From Octopus bimaculoides (taxonomy: Eukaryota), in assembly GCF_001194135.2 (NCBI RefSeq), contig NC_068985.1, positions 36,274,247 to 36,320,381 of the forward strand: a stretch of DNA of 46,135 nt, given 5' to 3'. A program made the translations under genes and the position numbers. Shown piece by piece: positions 23,345 through 36,339 of this stretch. Every line of letters begins with the position of its first letter. The first letter of the stretch is position 1. The notes beneath the pieces were generated by a model. It worked only from the letters and a program-made list of their open reading frames with translations. It ran no database searches and had not been told where the DNA came from.

Positions 23345-23575
23345 TAGGAGCATTCCGTCGGTTACGACGATGAGGGTCCCAGCTGATATGATCAACAGAA
23401 CAGCTTACTCGTGAAATTAACGTGCAAGTGGCTGAGCACTCCACAGACACGTGTACCCTTAACATAGTTCTCAGGTAGATTCAGCGTGACACACAGTGTG
23501 ACAAGGCTGGCTCTTTGAAATACAGGTACTACTCATTTTTGTCAGCCGCCCTAACCACTAAGCCATGCACCTCCA
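23345..23575 (-). mobile_element. SINE family B, internally deleted copy
   Basis: Shares gaaattaacgtgcaagtggctgagcactccacagacacgtgtaccc and the cctaaccact...gc.cctcca head remnant. Confidence 0.78.
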
Positions 23576-26147
23576 CATTAATTACATGAATAATAATATA
23601 ACTGTATAAATTATCAGTTTTTGACAGAATAATCAAGATTTATTGTTCAATAAAATTTGAAACCTTCAAATATTATTTATTTCTCTATCTCCATTTTCCC
23701 CTATGTTATCAGTGTTGGTTAATACAGAAATTTTCAAAATGTATATTTGGTACCAGTTGATAGCCAAACAGATGAAACACTCAGAGTTAATTATCTGAGA
23801 GAAGTGTATGTATCTTTAGCTTGTTCATTTAACATTAGTTTTTCTATGCTAATTGTGCTTAGACAAATTGGGGAAGGAATATCTGAAGCAGGATTTTTAC
23901 AGTAAGTGATATTTTATTTCAGTGGAATTCACAAGTACAAAACTAGCAGATGAGATGTTGACAGGAAATGTCATCAAATGTCACCTGTAACAACTCAACC
24001 ACATATGATGTCACCACTTGTAGTTGAGCTGCAAACAGTGCTGTAAATCTGCATAAATTGTAAACATTCACACACACACACACATGTATATAGTTGAAAT
24101 ACATAGTGTTTATTGATAAAATGTCCATTATGAAGTTCCAATAAGTATATAACATCTCAGTTCTTAAGGTTAATTCTATGGGATTAAAAAAGAGTCCCAT
24201 CCAAATACTTAATGCATAAAAGACCAAAACAGTATCATATAAAAAAATTGCCACATAATCATTAATTCTGATCAGTGACTAACGATCATAAAGCCATGAG
24301 TTTGATTATATATGAGCAAGATACATTATTTTGTGTTGTTTCTGTCTGTTTGAGGATATGTCATACATCTGCTTGTAACTACATAAATACCAATAGCAGT
24401 TAGCAAAAGTATGGTACAAGAACCATGTCATATTTACTTGAGAGTAATGGGTAAGATAGATAATCTGGGAAGGTAATATACATAAATAAGTACATTGACA
24501 TGAAAGTAGACACATGCATAAAGGCAGAGAACATTGGTGAGAGTGTACTGATTCTGACATCAATGAAAACCCAAGCATAATAAACTGAATGGATTTCTCT
24601 GGGACAGAAAACAGTAGCTGCTCTTTGTGGAGGTTACTTGTTCAGAACACATACATATATAATACAAAAGTTCCTATCTTACTCTTCCTTGTTTCTCCCA
24701 TTTATGCTTGCTTCTTTTTGATGGGTAGCATAGTCCCCTTTCTAATAAGTAAGTAAATGAAACTCTACAACTATGAAAAGGATTTGAATTGTTAGTTTCA
24801 GGGAAGGGTAAATCAACTCAACTGAATGTAAGTTGCTTTGCTCATCACAGTAAACTAAATTTAATTATTAAATGAGTCCTGATCAGAGTAAATATTCCCT
24901 TAATCCTGAAGCTTCTTCAGGGACAGTGGGAAGAGATTCCCAGAGACCCACTCTTTTCTCCAAGGCATGAAGCAAATGCCTCATCTAGAACACCACTGTT
25001 AGAGCATCTTTTGTTTTGTCATATATCCTTAACACTGCAGTGAAGGGAAGAAATAAGACAAAAATACTCAAATTTGTTGATAAATTACATTTGGAATATG
25101 TGGTGTTTGGAAGAGCAGCGCCACTGACAAAGCAATCTTCGATTTTATTAGTATTCCATCTCTCTGAAATATTAGATGATGTTCATGAGGGTAACTGACT
25201 GTTACAGTACATCAGCATCAATCACCTATGGTAAGGCCACAACTATCATCGAATGCTTCATAAATTTTTAGTATCATGGTGCAATGTGCAGTAAATGCGC
25301 AGGCACTTCCATTTCCTTTTTAAATGGTTTTCATTTTTAACTCTATTTTTTAAAACTATTTTTGTTGTTTACTTTTTTAAAGTTACGTTCTTTCTCTACA
25401 TAAAAACTTAAATATTATTAACAGGGTATGTACCAACATACCTGGGTCAAAGTATTCAGAACTAGGGCACCCCCCCCCCCACCATTGTAATTTCGTAATC
25501 CATATACATTGTGGGACATTAAAAAAACAAAGAAAATATTTACGATTAAGAAGTCAGTAATTTACAATAAAACTTTACCTAGTTAGAGATTACCGTTCAT
25601 AAAACACCTAACTTACAAGTAAAGCAATAAAATTCTCTTAACTCATATTGTTTAACAACCTGTAGCAACTACCAAAAGCAACTTCTTTTTATTTTGTCTC
25701 AATATTTTCCATAAAGCTTTGGGTTTATAGAGCGGAGAAAGTAATGAAGTCCATGTTTATGCATTTTTTAAGATTACAAAGTAATTTTAAGCAAATCGGA
25801 GTAATATTTGAAATTACAGTAAAAGACAAGGGAAACAATGAATTTTTAAAATGTTTACTTACCCCCCCAAAAAAGAGTAAATTTGGTTTATCACATATTT
25901 TGTCTTAAGACATTTGTGGAGTTATAAATTTACAAATAGAAATATATCAAGTCAACATTAGATGATAAATAACCTTAGTAAATTATTTTTTAAATAGGAA
26001 AAACTGTATGATCTTAGTTGGTTTTACCACTTCCTCCTAAAATGTAAATAATTTTGTTTAATTCACATCTTGGCAGGTGAAGAATTTTCGTTCTAAATGT
26101 TAGCATTTCTCTGCTTATCGTCCGGCAGCGATCATAGCAACCGGGTC

Positions 26148-26160
26148 GTTGCCAAGCAAC
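26148..26160. promoter_or_regulatory. RFX X-box (GTTGCC-A-AGCAAC), with an extra half-site CATAGCAAC at 26133-26141
   Basis: Matches the consensus GTNRCC(N0-3)RGYAAC. About 200 bp upstream of the THYN1 ATG and upstream of the ciliary gene LRRC56. Confidence 0.7.
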
Positions 26161-26362
26161 AACCATTTACTATAGTGTCGTACAAATTTGTATATCTGAA
26201 ATAATTATAAAATTGATTTCTGTTCTGTATAAGAATTAAATTATTTAATAAAAGGAAATGAATTTGAGAAGAAAACATCTGTTTTTAATTACTTCGAAAC
26301 AGTGTAAAGTTATATAACATTAGCTTGTGGCGGGAAATATTTTTAGTCTGTTTAAGCGTTAC

Positions 26363-26411
26363 ATGAGCGTGATGCCACCGAAGAAGAAATTAAAAACAAC
26401 TAAAAGTAATG
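26363..26411 (+). CDS. THYN1: THYN1 exon 1 CDS (MSVMPPKKKLKTTKSN; alternative ATG at 26372), NLS-like PKKKLK
   Basis: In-frame ATGs and donor AATG|gtaaga, phase 1. G plus AT from exon 2 gives Asp. Lies in the CpG-enriched promoter region. Confidence 0.75.
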
Positions 26412-27439
26412 GTAAGAAAAAGGCTACAAACTATATTTATATTTCATCTAGAGCAGGAGCAGTTGTGATAGATCAAAATTTCTTTCGGTGACTGTTTTAC
26501 GTAAACTATCTCGTTTAAATGTTGTGTCCTTTTCACTACACCAATTTACATCGCGAAAGTAAAGAATACGTACACTACCCGCTTTCGGCGTAACAAAAAC
26601 CCTAAACACCGGGTGTACGTATTCTTTACCTTCGCCCATTTTTATATGTGTAAACAATAAAGCAATCGCCCAATCCTTATATCTCTTTTGATATATATCC
26701 TCCGTTTTCATATATAACATGCTGAATTACAGGCACTTTTGTTTAAGCGTGATTTAAACCTCTTTACTTCCTTTTAAAATTATTTCTTCAGATTTTTGTT
26801 TTGCACACCAGATTCAGAACCTAATAATCATAGTCCAAGATTGATTTTTTTTTAACATGCGCTAAAAAATACGAGGGCGATCTTTTGGTTGAAGATATCG
26901 AAGGAAAAATGAAGGATCTAGAGATAGGGGGATATATTATATGGCAGTGCCTGTAGAAGGCAAGAGACCGGAAATGGAACGCTTATGACCCAGTGATATC
27001 TGTTAATCATACAGAAAGATTTCTGACATTGCAATACTTCTAACTACATCCTGCAGTTTCTGTGTTAGGCAAAGCGTCTCCGATATTTATTTTATCTGTA
27101 ATGTTGTGACCGTTGGAGGAAACCTACTGATATCCATGAAAAAATGGACGACAGCTTAGACGGCAGTGTTGGGGTCAGATAGAATACCTCAAGGCAGACT
27201 GAGGTGTGAGGAGGATAATCTGCAGAAAAAGATAGAACACATGGTTAACAATTTGAACAAGAGTTTTCGGTCTATGTAACTGGACACAAGACGAGTATAT
27301 AGGAGTGAATGTGACATGAAAGTTCATCTAAGTAAATTGAAATGCAGTAAGCAACTACAATACAAGTCATTGGATACTACCCCAAAGCCATATGGGAGTA
27401 TTAGAACTGCTTATCAGAAGAGGAGGACCAGGGCCTCTC

Positions 27440-28320
27440 AAATCAACTTGCTTATTGCACAAAAAGAGCAACTGAATCTGAAAGCCTTGAGGGCTCTGAG
27501 AACAAACTACGTCTGAATTTCCCGAGTAACAGATCTGTGGTGGGCTCAGTTGGACAGGAACTTGGACAACATTCTGAAAAGGGATGCTATTAGAAAGATA
27601 AGGACCATGGCACAATTGGTGCACCAGGCATTCCAAGATGCCTTTGATATGAAGGAAGGAAAAACTAACAAGCAGCATGGTCCCAGCAGGAGGCAACACC
27701 AGCTTGCTGAATTGAGGAAACAGCTGAGACAGATGAAGAAAAAGTGGGAAAAAGCAGATAAAGAAAAAGTGGCTTGAAACTATCTTAGCTCAGACTTAAG
27801 AAAGAAATCCATTCCAGCTTCACAGAACAGAGTCGTTCTGGAAAAAACAGAGAGAGAGAGAGATATAGGTGAAAGCAAAGAAAGGCCTTTTTAAACAATC
27901 CTTCCAGTTCATAGCTGACCTCCTCGGTAAGCCAAAAAGTGCAAAACTGGTTTGTTCCAAGGAAGAGGTGGAGAGCAGAGTAGCAACACTGCACAATGTC
28001 CCCAGAAGAAATATTTTGTTGGGAGATTGTATCTTCCCACAGCCAATGTTCAAACTCAGCACCCCTTTCAACAATGTGAGGGCAATGGAAGCATAAGCTG
28101 GGGCTGGATCTGTTCCAGGGTTATTTGGCACCACTTATAGGATTTACAAAAACCATCCACTGTTACTGAGGAGTGTATTTAGACTTAATGCTTGATGTAG
28201 AAGAAACAGTAACCATGGCTCTTGACACTGGTTACTGAAATCAATTCCAGCTTCACAATTCAGTGAAATTGCTTTTGCTAAACTTATAGGGTCACTGGCA
28301 GGACATAGTAGAGAACAAGT
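27440..28320 (+). mobile_element. Degenerate HERO-like (R2-group, restriction-like endonuclease) non-LTR retrotransposon fragment
   Basis: Broken frames LDRNLDNILK...GPSRRQHQLAELRKQLRQMKKKWEKA...F.QSFQFIADLLGKPKSAKLVCSKEEVE...PG..GTTYRIYKNHP resemble recalled HERO pre-RT motifs (PSRRQ.EI..LR.ELR.LRK.W; NPF.F...LL...SG.L.CSKEEVE; PGP.G..Y.VYK.CP). Confidence 0.7.
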
Positions 28321-28419
28321 TTCAGGTAGATCTTGTTATACAGAAGATCTACAAGTATTGTTGTCACTGAGGGGAGAGAAAAGTGTTGGAGAAGGTGGTA
28401 GTTAAGTTTCCATCACCTT

Positions 28420-28750
28420 TTAAATATTGAAAATTAGTGATAGGTCAAAATTAGCAGGGTCAGTGAGGTTATCTTTTTTGTGAATAGGACACACTGTAGC
28501 ATGTTTCCAATGATTGGGATAAATCCCTATAGAGAGAGGATTGAAGAGTTTGGCATAGTCAGGGTTGAGCTCTGGAAAGGACAGTATCATGGCCAGTGGT
28601 GTTGGTTTGAAGCAGTAGTGCTTCCACAGACCCATAATCAAAGGTATTTGAGCTTGGCCTTTCTAGCCTTTTTAAAGGTTGTAGTGTGTGATTTGAGGAA
28701 AATTTGCATGCTATTTCTCACAAGTCAAACAATCAAGTATAGACTCCAGG
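28420..28750 (-). mobile_element. CR1/L2/Jockey-group LINE RT N-terminal fragment
   Basis: FPELNPDYAKLFN...YPNHWKHATVCPIHKKDNLTDPANF resembles PEL.P.LA.LF...FP..WK.A.V.P..KKGD..DP.NYRPI. Confidence 0.8.
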
Positions 28751-29344
28751 GTCAAACCTAGTGGTATTTAAGTCAAGAAGAAACTCTTGAAAAGATGCAA
28801 CTCAAATATATTTAGCCATTTAATGAATAAACATCAGATCAGTATAATAACTCCAGAAGGTGGTGATCCAAAATGGGCATAATCCAATGACTAAAACCAA
28901 TAATAGAACAGAAAAAATATATTAATGATTGGTGTATAATAAACCAAGTACTGAGTAAAACATTTTCTATACTGCCAAAATTTTTTAAAACAACTTGTGT
29001 ATCAAATGATGAGGGTCTGTGAGAATCATCCAATCCATGCCAACCAAGAAAAAAAGAAAAACATTAAATAATGATGATCGCTTTCTACTCCTTGTTTTTG
29101 TTGTTTAACTTTGGTTGAGCAAACCTATGAGTATCCCATAATTTTCATATACAGTCATATCTAGAACTACATTATCCAATGAATGCTTACTTTTGTAAGA
29201 TGGGAGAGTATGATTTGAGGGCATTTAGCTGCTATTTTTGCTGGTCACCTTACCATGTAGTGTCTCCCTTCTGTGTTTGCCCAGTGCCTTAATGATGGTT
29301 TAAAAAACATTTATTTACCTAGAGAGTGGATTAGATGACTTTGC

Positions 29345-29560
29345 AAAAAACTATTACATCAGTAGCACAGTCTGACCACTCCACATCCAAATGAAGGAGC
29401 ACTTCACTGCCAACACGTCTTTCTTCCACAAACACTTAACCAAGTGCAGCAAAACCGCCAAAGAGATAGATACCTCCATACCAGTCTCAGAGAGGAACAC
29501 AGGAAATCTTCATATCAAGGAATCTATACTGATCCACTGCCTCAACCTGAAAAATCTACA
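29345..29560 (+). mobile_element. Penelope-like element, GIY-YIG endonuclease fragment
   Basis: YYISSTV*PLHIQMKEH...FHKHLTKC...ERNTGNLHIKESILIHCLN resembles YIG.T.R.L..R.KEH...KHL..C...E.N...L.IKES..I...KP.LN. Confidence 0.68.
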
Positions 29561-30469
29561 GTTGCTTGAATACATCGTGGTGACTATGACCAACATCATA
29601 ACATACACCACCAACACCATCTACCACGATCTTTTGTAAAACTTTCTGCATTGTTAGAAGCTTTCTTTATTTCTCTTTTCCTTCATATGTATGTATATGT
29701 ATATTTATAATACACATATACCAAACGATGGGCTTTTTTCTTTTTCCATCAACCAAATCTACTAACAATCTCTTATTTTCCACCAATTATGTGAACCATG
29801 CAATCTAATGCTTTGGTTGACTTGGAGTTATAGTAGAAGACATTTGCCCAAGGTGTCACATAGTGGGACTGAACCTGAGACCGCATGATTAGGAAACAAA
29901 CTTCTTAACAACACAGTCATATCTGCACTTAATTTAAGTGTTCTGTACGAACTGACATTACTACCATTTTTGACCCCAAGAGGAAGCTTCTTCTAGTTGG
30001 TTATCAATGCAATCTGCACCCAATATATATTGTAAGCAGAGGAATGGACCCCTATCATCTTCTAGTGGCTTAACAGGACCAGCAGGCTGTCCAGTTTTGG
30101 GCTATTTTTGCCCAATTTCAGTGCTGGACACCTGTCTGCTAGAGACAGCAGTAGTTTGTTCCAGCTCACAATATATAGAAAAATGAATGACAATCAGTCA
30201 CTGATCTTGCAACAAGCAAAGTAGCTATATGCTTTCCATATAGTTTTTTGTTGGGTGAGAATTGTTAATCTAAAATTATCTCGTTAATAAATAATCACTT
30301 TCCTTTCTGCTAGTCTGTCATACAAAAAATAAAATAAATAAAAGTGAAATGTAAGTGTTGTATTTCATTTTTTTATACCCTTTATTAAAATTACTGTGAA
30401 ATTGGTGTCAGTAGTGATGACTGCAAGCAAGTTGTTAATCTGCAAAAAAAAGTGTGGCCAACAACCAAA

Positions 30470-31300
30470 ACTTTTGGTACATTAAAGGTGATGGTGTGAG
30501 AGCCCCATTAGTTTATACACTTGTGATAAAGATCTAACTGGTAGCTTCCACTATAATAGAACAAAGACAAAGCAATGCAAAAACAGGTAGGCAACTTAGC
30601 TTGATTATTCTCAAGCCAGGCATAATCATTGTCTTTATCAAATGTAATAATGTTGCTTCCCTGAATGTCTGAAGGACATGAACCATTAGTAAGTGATAGG
30701 AAAGGTCTCCAATAGATCTGGCTTTGTGGAAACTACTAGTGGTCACTGAATACAGAAAAAGACTCAAGGTGATGGGGAAGGAGTTTTGCATGTGTGTCCA
30801 TTGTGCAGTTGAATGCAGAGTGGGCTGCAAATGTGAAATTTTTTTCTTTGGAAGTACTGCTTGATGAGTGCTGGATAGGAAGATTCTGCAAAATTCTTAG
30901 CAAAAGATCAGGACTGGCTGCAGTTTGAAAGGCATCCTTATTGTTGAATAATAACCTGACAAGAGTTGCTGTAGTGGGTAAAAGCCACCTTATATGTAGA
31001 ACAGGTGAGTTTTTCCCAAATATTATACACCATGTTCTTCACTTGTGCTGTCTGGACTATTTGGCAGATTTGAGATTTGGTTTTGTGTGTGTGAAGTGTC
31101 ATCTGCTTAGCTGTCTTTGACAAGTCAGAGTTAAAGCACATTTGCTACAAGGGATGGTAGCATAAAACTAGCAGCTGCCTTGAAGTGCTATAAGGTTCAA
31201 GTAATATGAGAATGTTGGTGGCCATAATAAGGTAGTATTTGGTCCAATAGTTTTGTAAAGGCTAGGTTTGAAAATAAAAAGCATTCAAAAGTGTTTAGAG
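30470..31300 (-). mobile_element. Highly decayed CR1/L2-group LINE ORF2 fragment
   Basis: SFHKARSIGDLSY resembles GFRKARSTGDLLSY; FAFNCTMD-like segment resembles FASNSTLDD. Many frameshifts. Confidence 0.55.
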
Positions 31301-34267
31301 GGTTTTTCTGTTGGTTGGTCAGGAATACTTCCACTTCTGCATGTCAGACACATTTAACTCTTTGGCATTTAGATTACTCTGTCAAATGTAATACTTATTG
31401 TTTATTTATTTACATTGTTTTCAATTAATCATGCATTATCTCATAGCTTTAAGATGCAATTATGTATTTTTAGAATGACATTGTAGGGTAGGTGTGAGAG
31501 GTTGGATGTCGCCAGTTTGAGCATAAAACAGAATATTTGGGTCAGATATGGCTGGTTTAAATGCTAAAGGGCTAAGAGATACTGAAGAACAGTAATGGAT
31601 TTAAACGTGCCTACCAATATTGTTTCTGTTTATAAGCACCTGTATTATAAGTTAACACTGTTTTTGATTTTGGGGAAAGCAATTGTGAAATGTTTGTTAT
31701 ATGAATTTATACAAATACCTGAAATTGCAGAACTTAAGCTTCAGTTATTTCTTAAATTAGTACATTTAAAACAGTAATTAATAAACTTGTTGAATGGGGT
31801 TTGTAAGTCATTGATTGGTGAGGAATGTGTTTATTTGCTGAAAAAACAGGTACAGAATTTTATATAATCTAAAATAGCCATTCCTAAAAATATCACTGAA
31901 AGTGAAGTTAAAAGTGGCAAGTCTTTGTAAAGAAAAATACTCTGATATAAACTGAACATTCTATGTGCTACATATTTTGAAAAGATTGACATTTGCTGTC
32001 TACTTTTATGATTATTTAGAGGTTGTAGTTACACATTTTAATGGTCAAATAGGGAATTTTGTTGATTGATGGCTTTGTATCCAGTGAAGCAAGAATAAAT
32101 TATTCATATCTAATGTGTAATTATGATTTCTGCTCTGCATTTGAATCAATCATTCTGTTAGGTCTGAACTCATCAAACCTGTTAGACTTGCTGATTTTGT
32201 GGATATGTCAAAATGCTGTGTTTGATAGCTGAGGTCATGTTAGAACTGTTAATTTCTTTCATCACATATATCAGATTTTCTTGAGCCTAGACCTAATCAT
32301 TTACTTGACTACATAGTATTCTGAATTAAAAGTTCTTCTTGATAACTGATATCCTAGAATTTCCTGATTTTGCCAGCCACAGTCACTTATGAGGTTGTTA
32401 TTTATTTGAATTAGTTTCATGCAGTCAAAACCATTAGAAAATCTGCTGCTACTGTTGATGAACCCTTCTACGTTCATAATGCTTATGATTACAGAAGGTG
32501 AATGACTAAAATGTGTGCTTAGTAATAAACAAGGCAAGTTAAACATTAGAAAGCAAGATTTAAATGAGTTGATGCTGAGTCAAGATGATTGAAGATGTTA
32601 TCAGTAAACTGGTAGTGTATTTAACAAGAATATGTAATACAGGGTTAATGTTACTTGAATTTCTTTGTTGTTTTTTATTAGTAAACATTTGTATGATTTC
32701 TTTTTATTTTGACATTTGTATATTATTGGAATAATTGGTTTTACAGTTGATGCTCTTTTGACTACAAAACACTAATCAGTAATGTAAGAGTGGTGTAGGT
32801 GTTTATTAGTTTGATTGACTGATACAAATAGATTTATTTATTTACCTTGTCAATAAACACAACACAGTGACTCTAGTAGTGTGGTTTGAACCCACAACCA
32901 GCACCTTCGGATTTTGGATTTTTATTGTATTCCTTTGACTTACCATCCTCAGAAGTGCAGACATAATGTCTTTTTAAGAAATTCACTTCATAATCACATG
33001 GTTTTTGGTTTCAGTTTCACTGCATGGCATCTTGGGTTAGTGTCCTATTTTAGACTCAGGATTCAACCAGTTTTGAGAATGGATTTGGTAGATCAAAACT
33101 GAAACAAGCCTATTGTATACATATATACATACCCCACAACTCATCTTCCTAACCCTCCCCTTCCCCCTCCCATGTTTACTCACTATCTCCCACTCACCTT
33201 TCACACCCTTGCTTATCTATCAACTTATAACATGTCTCTGATGAGTCTTTCTCATCTGCAACATATCTTTCCAACATCCCCTCCCTCTACCTACATACAC
33301 TCACTTATTTCCCTCCCCTCCATCTCCCACTCTCCTTTTGCAATTTTATGAACTTACCTATTTATTCACTCTATCCAACCCTCTGTACTACTTCATTTGA
33401 CTCCTCTCTCTCTAACTAGGATAGCCTTTTTCTGTCCCATCATGCTCTAACCTCTCATCACCTGGCACAAAACCACCTCCCTCAATACTATTCCCTACTC
33501 AGTTGAGGGGGTCTTGTCTTTCCAGTTACTTGGTGACTTCATTGCTGTTAGTGCCAGGTAAAGAGCACTCAGTACACTATGTAAAGTGGTTGGCATTAGG
33601 AAGGGAATCCAACCATAGCAACCATACCAATGCAGTAGGAGGAGCTTAGCACAGTCTTCTGATTGGCCATCTCCTGTCCAACCAATACCAGCATAGAAGG
33701 AGGATGTTAAATGATGATATACATGTGTTTGTATATCTTGTGTGTCTGTGTCTCCTTGTCTTGACATCACATACTAATAATAAACAAACATTACCATTAT
33801 AATGTTGCTTATGCTCTAAGAATTAGAGGAAATATTACCTTGCCTGGAAATGGGTGAAGGTTGGTAACAGGAAGAGCATCCAGCCATAGAAAATTTGTCT
33901 CAGTGAATTTCATCTGACCCCTACAAGCATGGAAAAGTGAAGATTAAAACAAGGATAATGGTGGTGGCAGTGGTGTGATAGTAGTAGTGGTGGTGGTGAT
34001 GGTGTTTACTCTACTACATGTCACTGATTTTTGTAACTATGTTAGGATTCAATGAGAATATATTAAAGAATCATTGCAATAAGAATATCCTTGTGAATCA
34101 GCAAGTTCAAATTAGAACACTGATGCTTAAGTATATTCTCATTGCATTGAATATGGCAGGTTGAGAACATGTCTTGATAGAAATTAAAGTATGATAAAGC
34201 GAGTAGAACTAAACTGCATGGCGGTCTGACACTGATACTCTTAGGACAAAATACTGGTTTCAAATTT

Positions 34268-34472
34268 TGGTACAGGGTCAGAAATTTTAGGGGAGGAGTA
34301 AGTCAGTTACATCAACTCCAGTATTCAGCTGGTGCTTATTTCATTGACCCTAAAGGGATGAAAGGCAAAGTCAACCTCAGCAGAATTTGAACTCAGCATG
34401 TGAAGACAGATGAAATACCATTAAGCATTTTGCCTAGCATGCTAACGATTCTGCCAGCTCGCTGCCTTTTCT
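34268..34472 (-). mobile_element. tRNA-derived SINE family A (diverged)
   Basis: Reverse complement of the A-box, B-box and Meta-like body (gggatgaaaggcaaagtcaacctc...gaatttgaactcag...ctgccagctcgc). Further fragments at about 14395-14485 (minus) and 35745-35850 (plus). Confidence 0.8.
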
Positions 34473-35093
34473 TGAGACAAAATATTAATCATTCAGAATA
34501 ATCTGACCTCTTTTTACTTTCTATAAATGGATGTAAAGTCATGAAAACTTTAGTCTAATTTCTCTGGAACTAACATAGGTTTCAGCTTAATGTATGGCTA
34601 GTCACACTTTGTTATATGTTTTTTATCTTCTTAGTTGTTAATTATGAAGTGTGACTATCTAAATCTCTTCTATTGTTATTATTATTTTTTCTTTGAATAT
34701 TTCATATGAGTTTCTACTGTATCACAAAGTTCACATCTCTGTTTATGAGATGTGTGCAGCTTTGTTCTTATTTTTGTTGGGATTGGGGTGGGGTATAGAC
34801 ATCTGTTAATGTACTACATCAGTTTGTTTTGTTATGAGGTTTAGTTTCTTGTTTCATTAGTCTTTGCTCTGTTGTGTGTGGTCTGTGTAAGGTGTCATGT
34901 TATTTTATTGGATCTTAATTTTGTATATATTGCACAAGTTGTGTTGTTTTAGATTATTAGATGCTTATTGTATAGGATGTTTTTCATGTGAAGATTGAGC
35001 TGTTCCATTGCATTGATAGTGTCTTGCACAAGATGCAAGTTTTTTTGTAGCAGAGCTATTTTTTGGACAGTGTGTAGTGTTGTGCACCTGTCT

Positions 35094-35522
35094 ATCATCA
35101 TCATCATCATTGTTTAACGTCCGCTTTCCATGCTAGCATGAGTTAGACGATTTGACTGAGGACTGGCGAACCAGATGGCTGCGCCAGGCTCCAATCTGAT
35201 TTGGCAGAGTTTCTACAGCAGGATGCCCTTCCTAACGCCAACCACTCCTAGAGTGTAGTGGGTGTTTTTACGTGCCACCAGCACGAAGGCCAGTCAGGCG
35301 GCACTGGCAATGACTTTGCTCGAATGTCTTTTCACGTGCCACCAGCACAAGTGCCAGGAAGGCGACACTGGTAACGATTTTGTTCAAATGGTGCTATTTA
35401 CGTGCCACTGGCGTGGAAGCCAGACAGCTGCTCTGGCAATGATCACGCTCAGACAGTGCTTTTAGCGCTCCACTGGTACAGGTGCCATCATGATTTTGCT
35501 TTCACTTGCCCCAACAGGTCTT
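35094..35522 (-). mobile_element. RTE-family tail with about 4 internal 3' UTR repeat units
   Basis: (atc)n plus the family tail plus repeated tttacgtgccac..gcac...ctggcaa.ga units. Confidence 0.87.
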
Positions 35523-36299
35523 TCATGGATGCACAAATGTTTTACATTCAGAATCGATGTCCTTGACACTGGGTCACAACCAGTTTCCTTAGATATGAAG
35601 GACCTTTCTTACAATCTCTGCTGTTCCTGAATTAATGCAACTCTGGTAGTTAAACTAATCTTAATAAGAGAACTGTTAAGTCTTTTGATGCTGATGCCTA
35701 GGGCACCTATAATAACTGGGATTACTTTTGTAGAAACACTCAGCATGCTGAATAAAATGCTTGCAGCACTTTTTCTGGCTTTATGTTCTGAGTTCAAATT
35801 CTGCTGGCTTTGCTTTTCATCCTTTCGGGTTGATAAAAGCTTCACCAAAAACAATATGTAAATACAGGTGGTGCACCAGCATGACCTCAGCCATGGGCTG
35901 AAGCCAGTAAAAGATATATATATATATCCACACACATATATATTTACATATATTCCATATTTTAATGTGTATAAGGAACCCTTGTTTGTCTAAAATTAGG
36001 TTAAAAAAATATGGGAGTTTCTTATACATGGATAGTATTATAATCCCTTACATATACATTTATATTTACACATATATACACACGTGTGTATTCTTTTATT
36101 TGTTACAGTCATTTGACTGCGGTCATGCTGGAGCACTGCCTTTGGTCAAACTAATCGACCTCAGGACTTATTCTTTGTAAGCCTAGTACTTATTCTATCA
36201 TTCTCTTTTACCGAACTGCTAAGTTATGGGGATCTAAACACACCAGCATCGATTGTCAAGTGACAGTGGGGGGGGGGGACAAACATAGATACACAAACT

Positions 36300-36339
<40 letters not shown>

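Larger units (their letters stand above)
26060..26700. promoter_or_regulatory. Probable bidirectional promoter / CpG-enriched first-exon region
   Basis: Visible CpG excess relative to the flanks, X-box and THYN1 start. A possible LRRC56 non-coding first-exon donor (AAGAT|gtgaat) lies at 26067 on the minus strand. Confidence 0.55.

Noticed and set aside
26448-26720. 90-aa minus-strand ORF in the promoter region
   Set aside because: No homology recognised; better explained by the locally higher GC/CpG content of the first intron.
32425-32497. Exon-like segment on the plus strand (VKTIRKSAATVDEPFYVHNAYDYRR) with AG/GT borders inside THYN1 intron 1
   Set aside because: It enters in phase 1 but exits in phase 2, which would frameshift the EVE exon. 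Exon 1 already splices in frame to 36658 and there is no recognisable homology.
32301-32546. 81-aa minus-strand ORF
   Set aside because: No recognisable motif; a few ORFs of this length are expected by chance in 46 kb.
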